The notes below the pieces were generated by a model. That model made no database searches. It was not told where the DNA came from and was given only the letters and a program-made list of their open reading frames with translations. Below are positions 37,232 through 45,856 of a stretch of DNA of 64,000 bases, in pieces; positions within the stretch are counted from its first letter, which is position 1; every line of letters begins with the position of its first letter. A program made the position numbers and the translations under genes. This stretch comes from a candidate division WOR-3 bacterium (GTDB taxonomy: Bacteria; Hydrothermota; Hydrothermia; Hydrothermales; JAJRUZ01), in the NCBI GenBank assembly GCA_024277525.1, contig JAJRUZ010000035.1, forward strand, positions 1,930-65,929, written 5' to 3'.

Positions 37232-38080
37232 TTATTTATAATAAACAGAAACCGTCATTCCGGGTTTTAAGAGATTCTCTCTATTTATAACCTTTACTTT
37301 AAATTTAAAAACAAGTAAAGCCTTTTCATCGGGTGTTATTATATTTTTGGGTGTGAATTCTGCTTCATCGGAAATCCATACAACCTCTCCTTTAAACTCA
37401 ATCTTTTTACCGGTATGAGGAACAACCTTCACAGTTTTTCCTGTTTTTAAATCATAAATTTCCTTCTGTGGTAAAAAAGCATAAACATAAAGGGTATCAA
37501 GATTTGCAATTGTAAAAAGCGGAAAACCGGGTTTTGTGAGTTCTCCTGTTTCAATATTTTTCTCAAGAACAACACCTGTAATCGGTGACCTTATTTCCGT
37601 TTCCTCTTCCTGAATATTCAATCTCTCAAGGATTTTTCTGAGTGACTCAATATTTTCTTCAAGGGCTTTTAATTTATATTGAAGGGAGGAGAGTTTTGTT
37701 TTCATTCTTTCATATTCCCTTTCAGGAACAGCACCTTCTTCTTCCAGTTTCCTGGTTCTTTTAACATCTTCTTTCAGATTCTTTATCTGAGCTTCAAGAG
37801 ATTTCTTTTCAAAATATAAACTTTTGAGCCTTTTCTCTGTTTCCTGTTTCAGAGCTTCAAGCTCCCTTCTATCAATCTCAAGAAGAAGTTCACCCTTTTT
37901 AACAAAATCCCCTTCATCTTTATAAATCTTTATCACCCTTCCCGAATACTTTGTTGCAACATCAACTTCAATTGCCTCAACCCTTCCAGTTGTGTAATTG
38001 ATTTTCTTTTTAGGATAGAGAATATAAATGAGAATACCTATGATAATAACCACACATATGATTATCAACCTTTTTTTCAA
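37232..38080 (-). CDS. HlyD-family membrane-fusion / efflux adaptor protein (YbhG-like)
   Basis: N-terminal TM segment, a lipoyl-like hairpin half, a long coiled coil and a beta-barrel half. TTG start 7 nt after AGGAGG. Confidence 0.75.
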   Translation of the reverse strand: MKKRLIIICVVIIIGILIYILYPKKKINYTTGRVEAIEVDVATKYSGRVIKIYKDEGDFVKKGELLLEIDRRELEALKQETEKRLKSLYFEKKSLEAQIKNLKEDVKRTRKLEEEGAVPEREYERMKTKLSSLQYKLKALEENIESLRKILERLNIQEEETEIRSPITGVVLEKNIETGELTKPGFPLFTIANLDTLYVYAFLPQKEIYDLKTGKTVKVVPHTGKKIEFKGEVVWISDEAEFTPKNIITPDEKALLVFKFKVKVINRENLLKPGMTVSVYYK

Positions 38081-38154
38081 TTCCAGCCCTCCTTTTTGAA
38101 AGAGATATATTCCATTTATATCATACTTTATTCGGATAAATCAATTCTTTTAAT

Positions 38155-38209
38155 GCGCGATGAATCGCGCCGCTACATCCATTATTCCCACGATAAATCG
38201 TGTCGCTAC
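38155..38209 (-). repeat. tandem pair of GTAG-hairpin (REP-like) elements
   Basis: Minus strand carries GTAGCGACACGATTTATCGTG and GTAGCGGCGCGATTCATCGCGC, separated by 12 nt. Confidence 0.6.
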
Positions 38210-38221
38210 GTTTTGTGGATA

Positions 38222-40495
38222 TTATTTCAATTTCACGGGTTCATAATAAATATAACCCCTTTCAATTAAGGATTTTAAAGGTGATTTAAGGGTTATGTCA
38301 GAAGGGTAGAACATTTTTAAAAGTTCCTTTTTCGGATAAATTACAATCCTTACATCACCTTCAATATTTGCAAGTTCCTTTGCCTTTTCAATTGCATCAA
38401 AAATCCCGCCGATTTCGTCAACAATTTTAACCTGTTTTCCATCATAACCCGACCATATTCTTCCCTGTCCGATTGAATCAACATAGGATTCACTCAGATT
38501 CCTTGATGCCGCAACCCTTCTTACAAAATTCTTATATCCCCACATAAGTTCATCCTTAAGTTTCTCAATTTCTTCATTATCAAAAGGTCTTATTAAAGAA
38601 AAGGCATCCGAATGTTTCATAAGTTTTACAACATCAAAGGTAATTCCTATTTTTTCAAACATGGAGCCCAGAGCAAGTTTTCCTCCCAGAATTCCTATTG
38701 AACCTGTGATTGTTGTATAATCCGCAAATATATAATCCGCGGGACAGGAAATGTAATATCCTCCAGAAGCAGCAACTCCACCCATTGAAACAATAACAGG
38801 TTTTTTCCTTTTCAACCTTCTGATAGCATTCCAGATTATCTCCGATGCCAAAGCATCACCACCCGGAGAATTTACCCGTATTACAACCGCTTTTACACTC
38901 TTATCCTTTTCAATTTTTGATAAAATCCTCTGCATTGTGGATGAACCCAACATTTTGCCTCCTATTAAAGGAAAGGGATTTCTTCCGCTTTCACCGGTTA
39001 CAATACCGCCTTCCGCAATTACAAGGGCAATTTTCGGTCTTGTATCTACAAAATCCCTTCTTATAAACTTCCGGGAAACCCATTTCTTTTGGGAGATTTT
39101 TTTCGGTTTCTTTTTATACCATTTTTCAATTAAATCAGGAATATCGGACTCAAAGGCTACGGTATCAACAAGACCGTATTTAAGTGCTTTTTCCGAATTA
39201 AAATAAGCCTCCCGCTCCATCAATTTTCTCAAAGAATCCTTATCAATCCCTCTTGAAGACGAAATTTCATCAATTTCCTTTTCAAGAAGCCTTTTTAAAT
39301 AAAGTTCCCTCTGCTCCCTATCTTCTTTACTCATATTTTCCCTGATAAGGGGTTCAACAGCAGACTTGTATTTGCCTACTCTTTCCAATTGAGCTACAAT
39401 TCCGGTTTTCTCAAAAAATTTCTTAAGATAAGGAACCTCCATATAAGGACCTTTCAGAATAACATATCCCTCATTCGGTAAAATTATCTTATCACATGCA
39501 CTTGCAATATAATAGTTTCTTTCCGAAAGATTCTCCGCATAAGCAATAACATATTTTTTTTCTTTTAACTCAAGAATCTCTTCTCTCAACTCCTCTGCCT
39601 GAGCAGGATAAAAAGAGGGGGATTCAAAATATAAAATTACACCCTCAACTTCCCTATCTTTTTCTGCTTTTTTTATTACTTTCAGAAGGTCATAAAAAGA
39701 AGGTTTTGTCTCAAAACCCGGAAATCCTTTTCTACTCCTTTCTTCAGGGTAAACACCTTTTAATCTTATCTCCAACCATTTGTTTTCCAATTTAAAGAAT
39801 CTCGGATAAATTTCTTTGGATAAAATAATACTGTAATTTCTTAAATTTCTCTCTTTTTCCACAGAAGAAGAAATAAGGGTTTTACCGAAAGAAACTTCAA
39901 TACCCAAAAAGTATTTTGTCAATTCTCTATACAGGGTCCTCGGTGTCTCCAGATGAAATGTAAATACCAACCCATCAATAATTTCTATTCCGGAAGTTAT
40001 ATAATAATAATCAATGGTATTCTTTTTAATCTTTAAATCTCCTGAAACTGTAATTCTATTTGTTAAAGGTTTTAGCCCGATTCCTAAAAGATACTCCGAT
40101 CCGTCTTTATAAAAATCTCCCTTAGCACCGATGGATAAAAATGACCATGGTCTTATCATTATACCGAGGGTAAAGAAACTACTTTCTTTATTTTTTGTAT
40201 ATGTGTAACCTATCCCCAATTTCTGTCCCACAGGCACTCCGAAACCGAATGAATAAATTCTTGTCTTATCTATAATTCTATATGAAAATCCGGCACCTCC
40301 TACACTCAATGCAAAATCATGATTAAATTTACTTTCATTTGTAAAAGGATTTACTTTTTCAAAAGCATTATAATAAAGTTCAAATCCGGGTTTAAAAGCA
40401 AGCCCTGCAGGATTTGTAAAAAGTGCTTTACTTCTCTCACAAAGAGCAGGTGAGAATTGATAAAAGACATAAGATACAACAAAAATCAAAAACAT
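38222..40495 (-). CDS. sppA: signal peptide peptidase SppA (67K type, two S49 domains) with a ~250-aa N-terminal beta-strand-rich extension
   Basis: Two ClpP/S49-like halves (..SPGG.., GGVAASGGYYISC). The N-terminal region begins FTNPAGLAF. Start set at the ATG at 40495, 5 nt after GGAGGA. Confidence 0.75.
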   Translation of the reverse strand: MFLIFVVSYVFYQFSPALCERSKALFTNPAGLAFKPGFELYYNAFEKVNPFTNESKFNHDFALSVGGAGFSYRIIDKTRIYSFGFGVPVGQKLGIGYTYTKNKESSFFTLGIMIRPWSFLSIGAKGDFYKDGSEYLLGIGLKPLTNRITVSGDLKIKKNTIDYYYITSGIEIIDGLVFTFHLETPRTLYRELTKYFLGIEVSFGKTLISSSVEKERNLRNYSIILSKEIYPRFFKLENKWLEIRLKGVYPEERSRKGFPGFETKPSFYDLLKVIKKAEKDREVEGVILYFESPSFYPAQAEELREEILELKEKKYVIAYAENLSERNYYIASACDKIILPNEGYVILKGPYMEVPYLKKFFEKTGIVAQLERVGKYKSAVEPLIRENMSKEDREQRELYLKRLLEKEIDEISSSRGIDKDSLRKLMEREAYFNSEKALKYGLVDTVAFESDIPDLIEKWYKKKPKKISQKKWVSRKFIRRDFVDTRPKIALVIAEGGIVTGESGRNPFPLIGGKMLGSSTMQRILSKIEKDKSVKAVVIRVNSPGGDALASEIIWNAIRRLKRKKPVIVSMGGVAASGGYYISCPADYIFADYTTITGSIGILGGKLALGSMFEKIGITFDVVKLMKHSDAFSLIRPFDNEEIEKLKDELMWGYKNFVRRVAASRNLSESYVDSIGQGRIWSGYDGKQVKIVDEIGGIFDAIEKAKELANIEGDVRIVIYPKKELLKMFYPSDITLKSPLKSLIERGYIYYEPVKLK

Positions 40496-40517
40496 TTTTA
40501 TCCTCCGATTAAATTTT

Positions 40518-40532
40518 AAGGATTTGAACCTG
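40518..40532 (-). promoter_or_regulatory. T-arm-like leader hairpin, copy a (AGG-TTCAAAT-CCT)
   Basis: Coding strand CAGGTTCAAATCCTT, 22 nt upstream of the ATG at 40495. Confidence 0.55.
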
Positions 40533-40560
40533 CTATACAAAAACCCATAAAATTTTCATT

Positions 40561-41460
40561 ATGAATAATAAATTAAACGGTGAAATTTGTGCAATTGTTA
40601 CACCTTTTAAAGATGGCAAAATTGATTTTGATTCTTTCGGAAAATTACTTGATTTGCATCTTGAAAAAGGAACAAACGGAATTCTTGTCCTCGGAACAAC
40701 AGGTGAAGCTCCGACCGTTGATATTGAAGAAAGGAAAGAGCTTTTAAAATTTGCAAAAGAAAAAATAAAGGATAGGGCTTTTCTGATTGCAGGAGTCGGA
40801 ACAAATGACGGGAAAAAAACACTTAAATATGCGGAAATTGCACTTGACCTGGGAATTGATTATCATCTTGTTGTAATTCCCTATTATAACAAGCCCACAC
40901 AACATAATCTTGTTGATTATTTTGTTTTTCTTGCTAAAAATACGAATGCAAGGATAATAATTTACAATGTACCCGGAAGAACAGGAACAAATATTCTGCC
41001 TGAAACAATTGCAAAAATTTATGAAAAGATTCCTGAAAACATTGCAGGAATAAAAGAAGCATCAAAAAATCTTGACCAGATGATGAAAATTGCAAATATG
41101 TGCAAAGGAAAATTCGCACTTCTTTCAGGAGACGATTCCTGGACCTTTCCGCTTTTATCACTCGGATATGAAGGAGTTATTTCTGTTTATTCAAATGTAA
41201 ATCCCGGTTATCTGAGAAAAATGATAGAGACCTTTGAAAAAGGAAACATTGAAGAGGCAAGAAGGATGCATTTTTCCGCTTTACCCTTAATGAATGTCCT
41301 TTTTATTGAGACAAATCCTTTGCCTGTAAAGACATTACTCTCTCATCTCGGGTGGATCGAGGAAGAATTCAGGTATCCTTTGGGTAAAATGCAAAAAGAG
41401 AATAAAGAGAAATTGTTAAAGATAGCAGAAAAGTATAATTTACCCGTAATTAAAAAATAA
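40561..41460 (+). CDS. dapA: 4-hydroxy-tetrahydrodipicolinate synthase
   Basis: TPF..G.IDF, GILVLGTTGE and YNVPGRTG motifs. Confidence 0.9.
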   Translation: MNNKLNGEICAIVTPFKDGKIDFDSFGKLLDLHLEKGTNGILVLGTTGEAPTVDIEERKELLKFAKEKIKDRAFLIAGVGTNDGKKTLKYAEIALDLGIDYHLVVIPYYNKPTQHNLVDYFVFLAKNTNARIIIYNVPGRTGTNILPETIAKIYEKIPENIAGIKEASKNLDQMMKIANMCKGKFALLSGDDSWTFPLLSLGYEGVISVYSNVNPGYLRKMIETFEKGNIEEARRMHFSALPLMNVLFIETNPLPVKTLLSHLGWIEEEFRYPLGKMQKENKEKLLKIAEKYNLPVIKK

Positions 41461-41478
41461 AAATTATTTAAAATCTAA

Positions 41479-42291
41479 ATGTACTTTTCAGAAAGACAAT
41501 CAAAAGGGACAGAATTTAAAGTCAGGATTAAAAAAGTCTTATTCAGAAAAAAGTCAAAATTTCAAAAAATTGAAATATTTGAAACAGAAGATTGGGGGAA
41601 AGTCCTTGTTCTTGACGGATTATTTATGGTAACCGAAAGAGACGAATTTTTTTATCATGAATCCCTTGTACATCCCCTTTTGTCCTCTTTGAGAGAACCA
41701 TCAGAAGTGTTAATTATCGGGGGAGGTGATGGAGGAACATTGAGGGAAGTTTTAAAACATCCTGTAAAAAGAGTAATCCAAGTTGAAATAGATAAAGATG
41801 TGGTGGATGCCTGTAAGAGAATTTTTTCTTGGGCAAGAAAGGTATATTCGGATAAAAGGGTCTCCTTAATTTTTGAGGATGCGGGAAAGTTTGTAAAAAA
41901 TTCAAATGGAAAATTTGACGCAATTATTCTTGACACATCTGACCCGGTTGGACCCGCAGAGGTTTGTTATAAAAAAGAGTTTTATAGAAATTTAAATAAA
42001 TTGTTAAAAAATAAAGGAGGAATCTCAATTCAGGCAGAATCTCCTATCCACCATACCAACATAATCAGAAATCTATACAAAGTCTTAAAACAGGAATTTA
42101 AATCGGTATTTCCTTATTTTTCGCCGATGCCTACTTATCCGGGCGGTTATTGGCTTTATTTTTTTGTATTTAAAAATAAAAGAAAAAAAATATCCCCCTT
42201 AAGGATTCCATCTGAAACAAAGTATTATAACAAAGAAATTCATCACTCAGGATTTGCAATTCCTGAATTTATGAAAAATTTATTGAAATGA
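41479..42291 (+). CDS. speE: spermidine synthase (polyamine aminopropyltransferase)
   Basis: VLVLDG, LIIGGGDGGTLREVLKH, DAIILDTSDPVGPA. Confidence 0.9.
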   Translation: MYFSERQSKGTEFKVRIKKVLFRKKSKFQKIEIFETEDWGKVLVLDGLFMVTERDEFFYHESLVHPLLSSLREPSEVLIIGGGDGGTLREVLKHPVKRVIQVEIDKDVVDACKRIFSWARKVYSDKRVSLIFEDAGKFVKNSNGKFDAIILDTSDPVGPAEVCYKKEFYRNLNKLLKNKGGISIQAESPIHHTNIIRNLYKVLKQEFKSVFPYFSPMPTYPGGYWLYFFVFKNKRKKISPLRIPSETKYYNKEIHHSGFAIPEFMKNLLK

Positions 42292-43079
42292 AATTTTTCG
42301 GAAAGGATTCACCGGGTTCCAGAGTCATTATAAAGGGTGTTCCTTTTGAATCTGTTTCTTTTTCAAGGGGTTGTGCTTTGGGTCCTTCTTTTGTGAGATA
42401 TTGCGCGGAAGCAATTGAAACTTTTTCTACAAGGTATAAAAAGGAATGCGAAAATTTTGAAGATTTGGGTGATATTCCGTGTTACGGCATTGAACTTAAT
42501 GAGGCATTCGATTTAATAAAAAAAGAAACATCACAAATTTTATTACAGAAAAAATTACCCATTTTTATCGGGGGTGATCACACGATCACCTTACCCATTT
42601 TTGAGGAATTTAAAAAAAATTACCCTGATTTAAAACTTTTAATTCTTGATGCTCATACCGATTTCAGAGAAAAATTTATGGACTCTGACATAAATCATGC
42701 AACATGGCTCAGAAAACTGTATGAAAAAGAAAAAATAAAAAAAGAAGACATATTTTTATCGGGGATACGGGAGAATTTTCCGGATGTGCCTTTTGAAATA
42801 ATCAGTTTAAAAGAAATAGATAAAATAAAAAAATTCAAAATTTATTTGTCAATTGACCTTGATTTTTTTGATTATAAAGAATTCAATTCCGTATCAAACC
42901 CTGTGCCCGGTGGTGCAAATATTAAAGATTTATATTTTATTTTTGAAAATATTTATAAAAATTTGAAAGGAATTGATATAGTTGAATTTAATCCATTGAG
43001 GGGTGATGCCCTTTTATCAGGCACCACCCTCTCGGTTATTTTAAGGGACTTTATTGTGCTTCTCAGCGGATTAATGTAA
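42288..43079 (+). CDS. speB: agmatinase / arginase-family ureohydrolase
   Basis: GGDHTIT, LDAHTDF and SIDLDFFD metal-binding motifs. Adjacent to speE. Confidence 0.8.
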   Translation: MKFFGKDSPGSRVIIKGVPFESVSFSRGCALGPSFVRYCAEAIETFSTRYKKECENFEDLGDIPCYGIELNEAFDLIKKETSQILLQKKLPIFIGGDHTITLPIFEEFKKNYPDLKLLILDAHTDFREKFMDSDINHATWLRKLYEKEKIKKEDIFLSGIRENFPDVPFEIISLKEIDKIKKFKIYLSIDLDFFDYKEFNSVSNPVPGGANIKDLYFIFENIYKNLKGIDIVEFNPLRGDALLSGTTLSVILRDFIVLLSGLM

Positions 43080-44691
43080 ATTTAAATATCTGTTCCTTTC
43101 CGTTTTCTCTTAAAATAAGAAAATATGTACCTTTTTTCAGTTTCAAATCAAACAAATTCATGCCTGTTTTTAAAGTTTCAGAAATATTAAGTACTTTTCT
43201 GCCGGATACATCCAAAAGATTAAGATTTACCTTCTTATTATCAGGAGCAAAAATAAAAAGTTTTGAAGATACAAAGAACAGTTTTGTTTCATTTTCTTTA
43301 TTAACATTTTCTTTTACATCGGTTGCATTTATATAAAGGAACCCGCTTATTTTTGTTTGTGCGATATCAAGCCATGTTATTTGGTTAACACCGCAATGTG
43401 TATTGATACCCGAATTACTTCTTGAATCGGGTATTGTTCCTGTTGAATCAAATGCGGTATTTCCTGTTGAACCCGGATAAGGATCACCAGTGTCTCCCCA
43501 ATTAACTCCGTTAAACAAATCATCATTACCGTCTGCTTGTTCAAGTGCAACACCGTAAATACTATCGGCATTTACTGTATTTGACCACCAATTTGCGTTA
43601 ATTATATCCCAGTCAACATGATAAATAAGCATTCCTTTTCCAACAAGGGTGGTATCAAACTTTCTTTTGTCTCTGAATTCAATAAGAAAATACTCTGTAT
43701 CAGGTTGTCCATCTGTCCATAGTTTAAAAACAAGCGCTGTATCTTCTACTGGAAATAATGTGTCAAATCTATTTGAATTTATTACAACAGGGGTAATCCA
43801 TCCGAGCCATTCTTTGCTCCATGGGTCAAAATGTGATGGTTTCCATGGACTTCTTCCATCACCGCCCCATGCACCACCCGCCATTACAGACCATACACCG
43901 AGTCCTGACCCGCTACCGTCTGTATCATATAAATCTGGTAATCCCAATCCGTGACCCCATTCATGAACAAAAACTCCTATACTTACAATTGAATCAATGC
44001 CTGTATAAGGAGAAAAGTACCTGCTTTTTTCTGGTTGAATGGTATATACATTTACTTTTGTATATAAACCTGTTACAGGGTCATAATCATTTGTTATGTA
44101 TTCCCCTATTCCTGCTGAATTAAAAGACCATTTATGGGACCATATATCACTTCCATCTCCCGTTTCTTCATATCCGTATCCTGCATGAATTACAGAAAAT
44201 ATATCAACATAACCGTCTTTATCATTATCAAATTGTGAAAAATCTATAGAAGCATCGGCTTTTTGTGCTGCCTCCTTTGCAAGTATTGCTGCCCTCTGAA
44301 AGCCATTACTTACTCCGTAATAACTTTTATTACTATCGGAGGTTACCCATCCGTAGGCGGTTCCGTTTATAGCAAACTGACCGTAAGAGTTTTCAATATA
44401 GAAATCCCTTGCAGAACCACCCGGCCATTGACCGAACATCATTTTTTGAAAAAGAGTATCCGCAAATTTGTAAGGATAATCAGGATAATCAATAAGAACA
44501 ACAGGAATCATTAAGGAATCTTGTGTTTTTTTCAGCACCGTTATTTTGGATCGTATGTTATAGAACCCGGAAGAAGGAGCATCAATCCCGAGTTCCCTTT
44601 TATTTTTTGCATACTTTACTATTTCCGGATGCTCTTTCACCAGATCTGGATGAGGAGGCATCAGAAATACTATTAATGCTATAACACTCAT
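43063..44691 (-). CDS. M6-family (immune inhibitor A-like) metalloprotease with a T9SS C-terminal sorting domain
   Basis: HEWGHGLGLPDLYD zinc motif. C-terminal ..KKGTYFLILRENGKEQIFKFTLIR. Confidence 0.75.
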   Translation of the reverse strand: MSVIALIVFLMPPHPDLVKEHPEIVKYAKNKRELGIDAPSSGFYNIRSKITVLKKTQDSLMIPVVLIDYPDYPYKFADTLFQKMMFGQWPGGSARDFYIENSYGQFAINGTAYGWVTSDSNKSYYGVSNGFQRAAILAKEAAQKADASIDFSQFDNDKDGYVDIFSVIHAGYGYEETGDGSDIWSHKWSFNSAGIGEYITNDYDPVTGLYTKVNVYTIQPEKSRYFSPYTGIDSIVSIGVFVHEWGHGLGLPDLYDTDGSGSGLGVWSVMAGGAWGGDGRSPWKPSHFDPWSKEWLGWITPVVINSNRFDTLFPVEDTALVFKLWTDGQPDTEYFLIEFRDKRKFDTTLVGKGMLIYHVDWDIINANWWSNTVNADSIYGVALEQADGNDDLFNGVNWGDTGDPYPGSTGNTAFDSTGTIPDSRSNSGINTHCGVNQITWLDIAQTKISGFLYINATDVKENVNKENETKLFFVSSKLFIFAPDNKKVNLNLLDVSGRKVLNISETLKTGMNLFDLKLKKGTYFLILRENGKEQIFKFTLIR

Positions 44692-44713
44692 AATACACCT
44701 CTTAGCGGTTTTC

Positions 44714-44726
44714 AGGGATTGAACCT
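44714..44726 (-). promoter_or_regulatory. T-arm-like leader hairpin, copy e (AGG-TTCAATC-CCT)
   Basis: Coding strand AGGTTCAATCCCT, 22 nt upstream of the ATG at 44691. Confidence 0.45.
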
Positions 44727-44806
44727 TATTTTTTATTTTAAGATAAATTTAAATTGATTTTCAAATTCATAAAAGATTATTATTAACTTTCAAAAAGGAG
44801 GAAAAA

Positions 44807-45856
44807 ATGGAAAAGAAAATCAATGAAATTTTAAATGCTTTGAAAAATGTATATGATCCTGAACTCGGAAAAGATGTAGTATCTTTGGGAATGATAAGTG
44901 ATATAAAAATTTGTGATAACACGGTATCTTTCAGATTTACATTAACCACACCTGCCTGTCCGTTAAGGGAACATCTTAAAAGAAAGGCAGAAGAAGCAGT
45001 GAAATCTATACCGTGGGTAGAAAATGTTAATGTTATAATGGATGCCCGGGTAAGAAGTAGAATGACTTCTCCTGAAAAAAAAATCAAAGGGGTTAAGAAT
45101 ATTATAATCGTCGTCAGCGGAAAAGGAGGGGTAGGGAAGTCAACGGTTGCTCTTAATCTCGCAATTGCTTTAAAAAAACTGGACTCAAAAGCAGGTCTTC
45201 TTGACGGAGATGTGTACGGTCCCACTTTAAGTATAATGGGAAAAACAAAAGCTCCTCCACTTGTTAAAGAAGAGGAAAAAATTGTTCCTCCTCTTTATTA
45301 TGGAATACCGATTTTATCAATAGGTTTTATGACAAATCCGAATCAAGCAGTTGTATGGAGAGGACCCATGGTGCACACTGCTTACAGACAAATGCTCTTT
45401 GATGTTGAATGGGGAGAACTCGATTATCTAATAATAGACCTTCCTCCGGGAACAGGGGACCCTTTAATTTCTATAACACAACTTATTGAATTGTCAGGAG
45501 CCGTTTTGATTACAACTCCTCAAGAAGTATCAATTGCTGATGTAAGAAGAGCCGGCAACTTTTTGAAAAAAATGAATGTTCCTATTCTCTCAATCGTTGA
45601 AAATATGAGTGATTTCATCTGTCCGCATTGTAAAAAGAATACAAAGTTATTTGAAGGAAAAGGTGGAGAAATTCTCGCAAAAGAATTTGATGTGGATGAA
45701 GTGATAAGAATTCCTTTTGATCCCCTGCTTACCGGTCTATCGGAAGAAGGAATACCTCTGCTTGAAGAAGTTAAAGAAAGCCCCGCTTCCTCATCTTTCA
45801 TCAGATTAGCACAAAAAGTTGCATCCAAAATAAGTGTGCTACTGAATCCTGACTAA
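44807..45856 (+). CDS. Mrp/NBP35 (ApbC) family Fe-S cluster carrier ATPase with an N-terminal DUF59-like domain
   Basis: VYDPELGKDVVSLGM (MIP18/DUF59-like), SGKGGVGKST P-loop, CPHC motif. Confidence 0.85.
   Translation: MEKKINEILNALKNVYDPELGKDVVSLGMISDIKICDNTVSFRFTLTTPACPLREHLKRKAEEAVKSIPWVENVNVIMDARVRSRMTSPEKKIKGVKNIIIVVSGKGGVGKSTVALNLAIALKKLDSKAGLLDGDVYGPTLSIMGKTKAPPLVKEEEKIVPPLYYGIPILSIGFMTNPNQAVVWRGPMVHTAYRQMLFDVEWGELDYLIIDLPPGTGDPLISITQLIELSGAVLITTPQEVSIADVRRAGNFLKKMNVPILSIVENMSDFICPHCKKNTKLFEGKGGEILAKEFDVDEVIRIPFDPLLTGLSEEGIPLLEEVKESPASSSFIRLAQKVASKISVLLNPD

Noticed and set aside
34908-38209. The GC-rich palindromic repeats as a CRISPR array
   Set aside because: There are only two copies per locus, spacers are 11-24 nt, orientations are mixed (inverted and direct), the stems differ between copies, and no cas genes are present. 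This fits REP/REPIN elements better.
44767-45225. 152-aa minus-strand ORF
   Set aside because: It is antisense to the Mrp/ApbC gene, whose motifs are unambiguous, so it is a shadow ORF.
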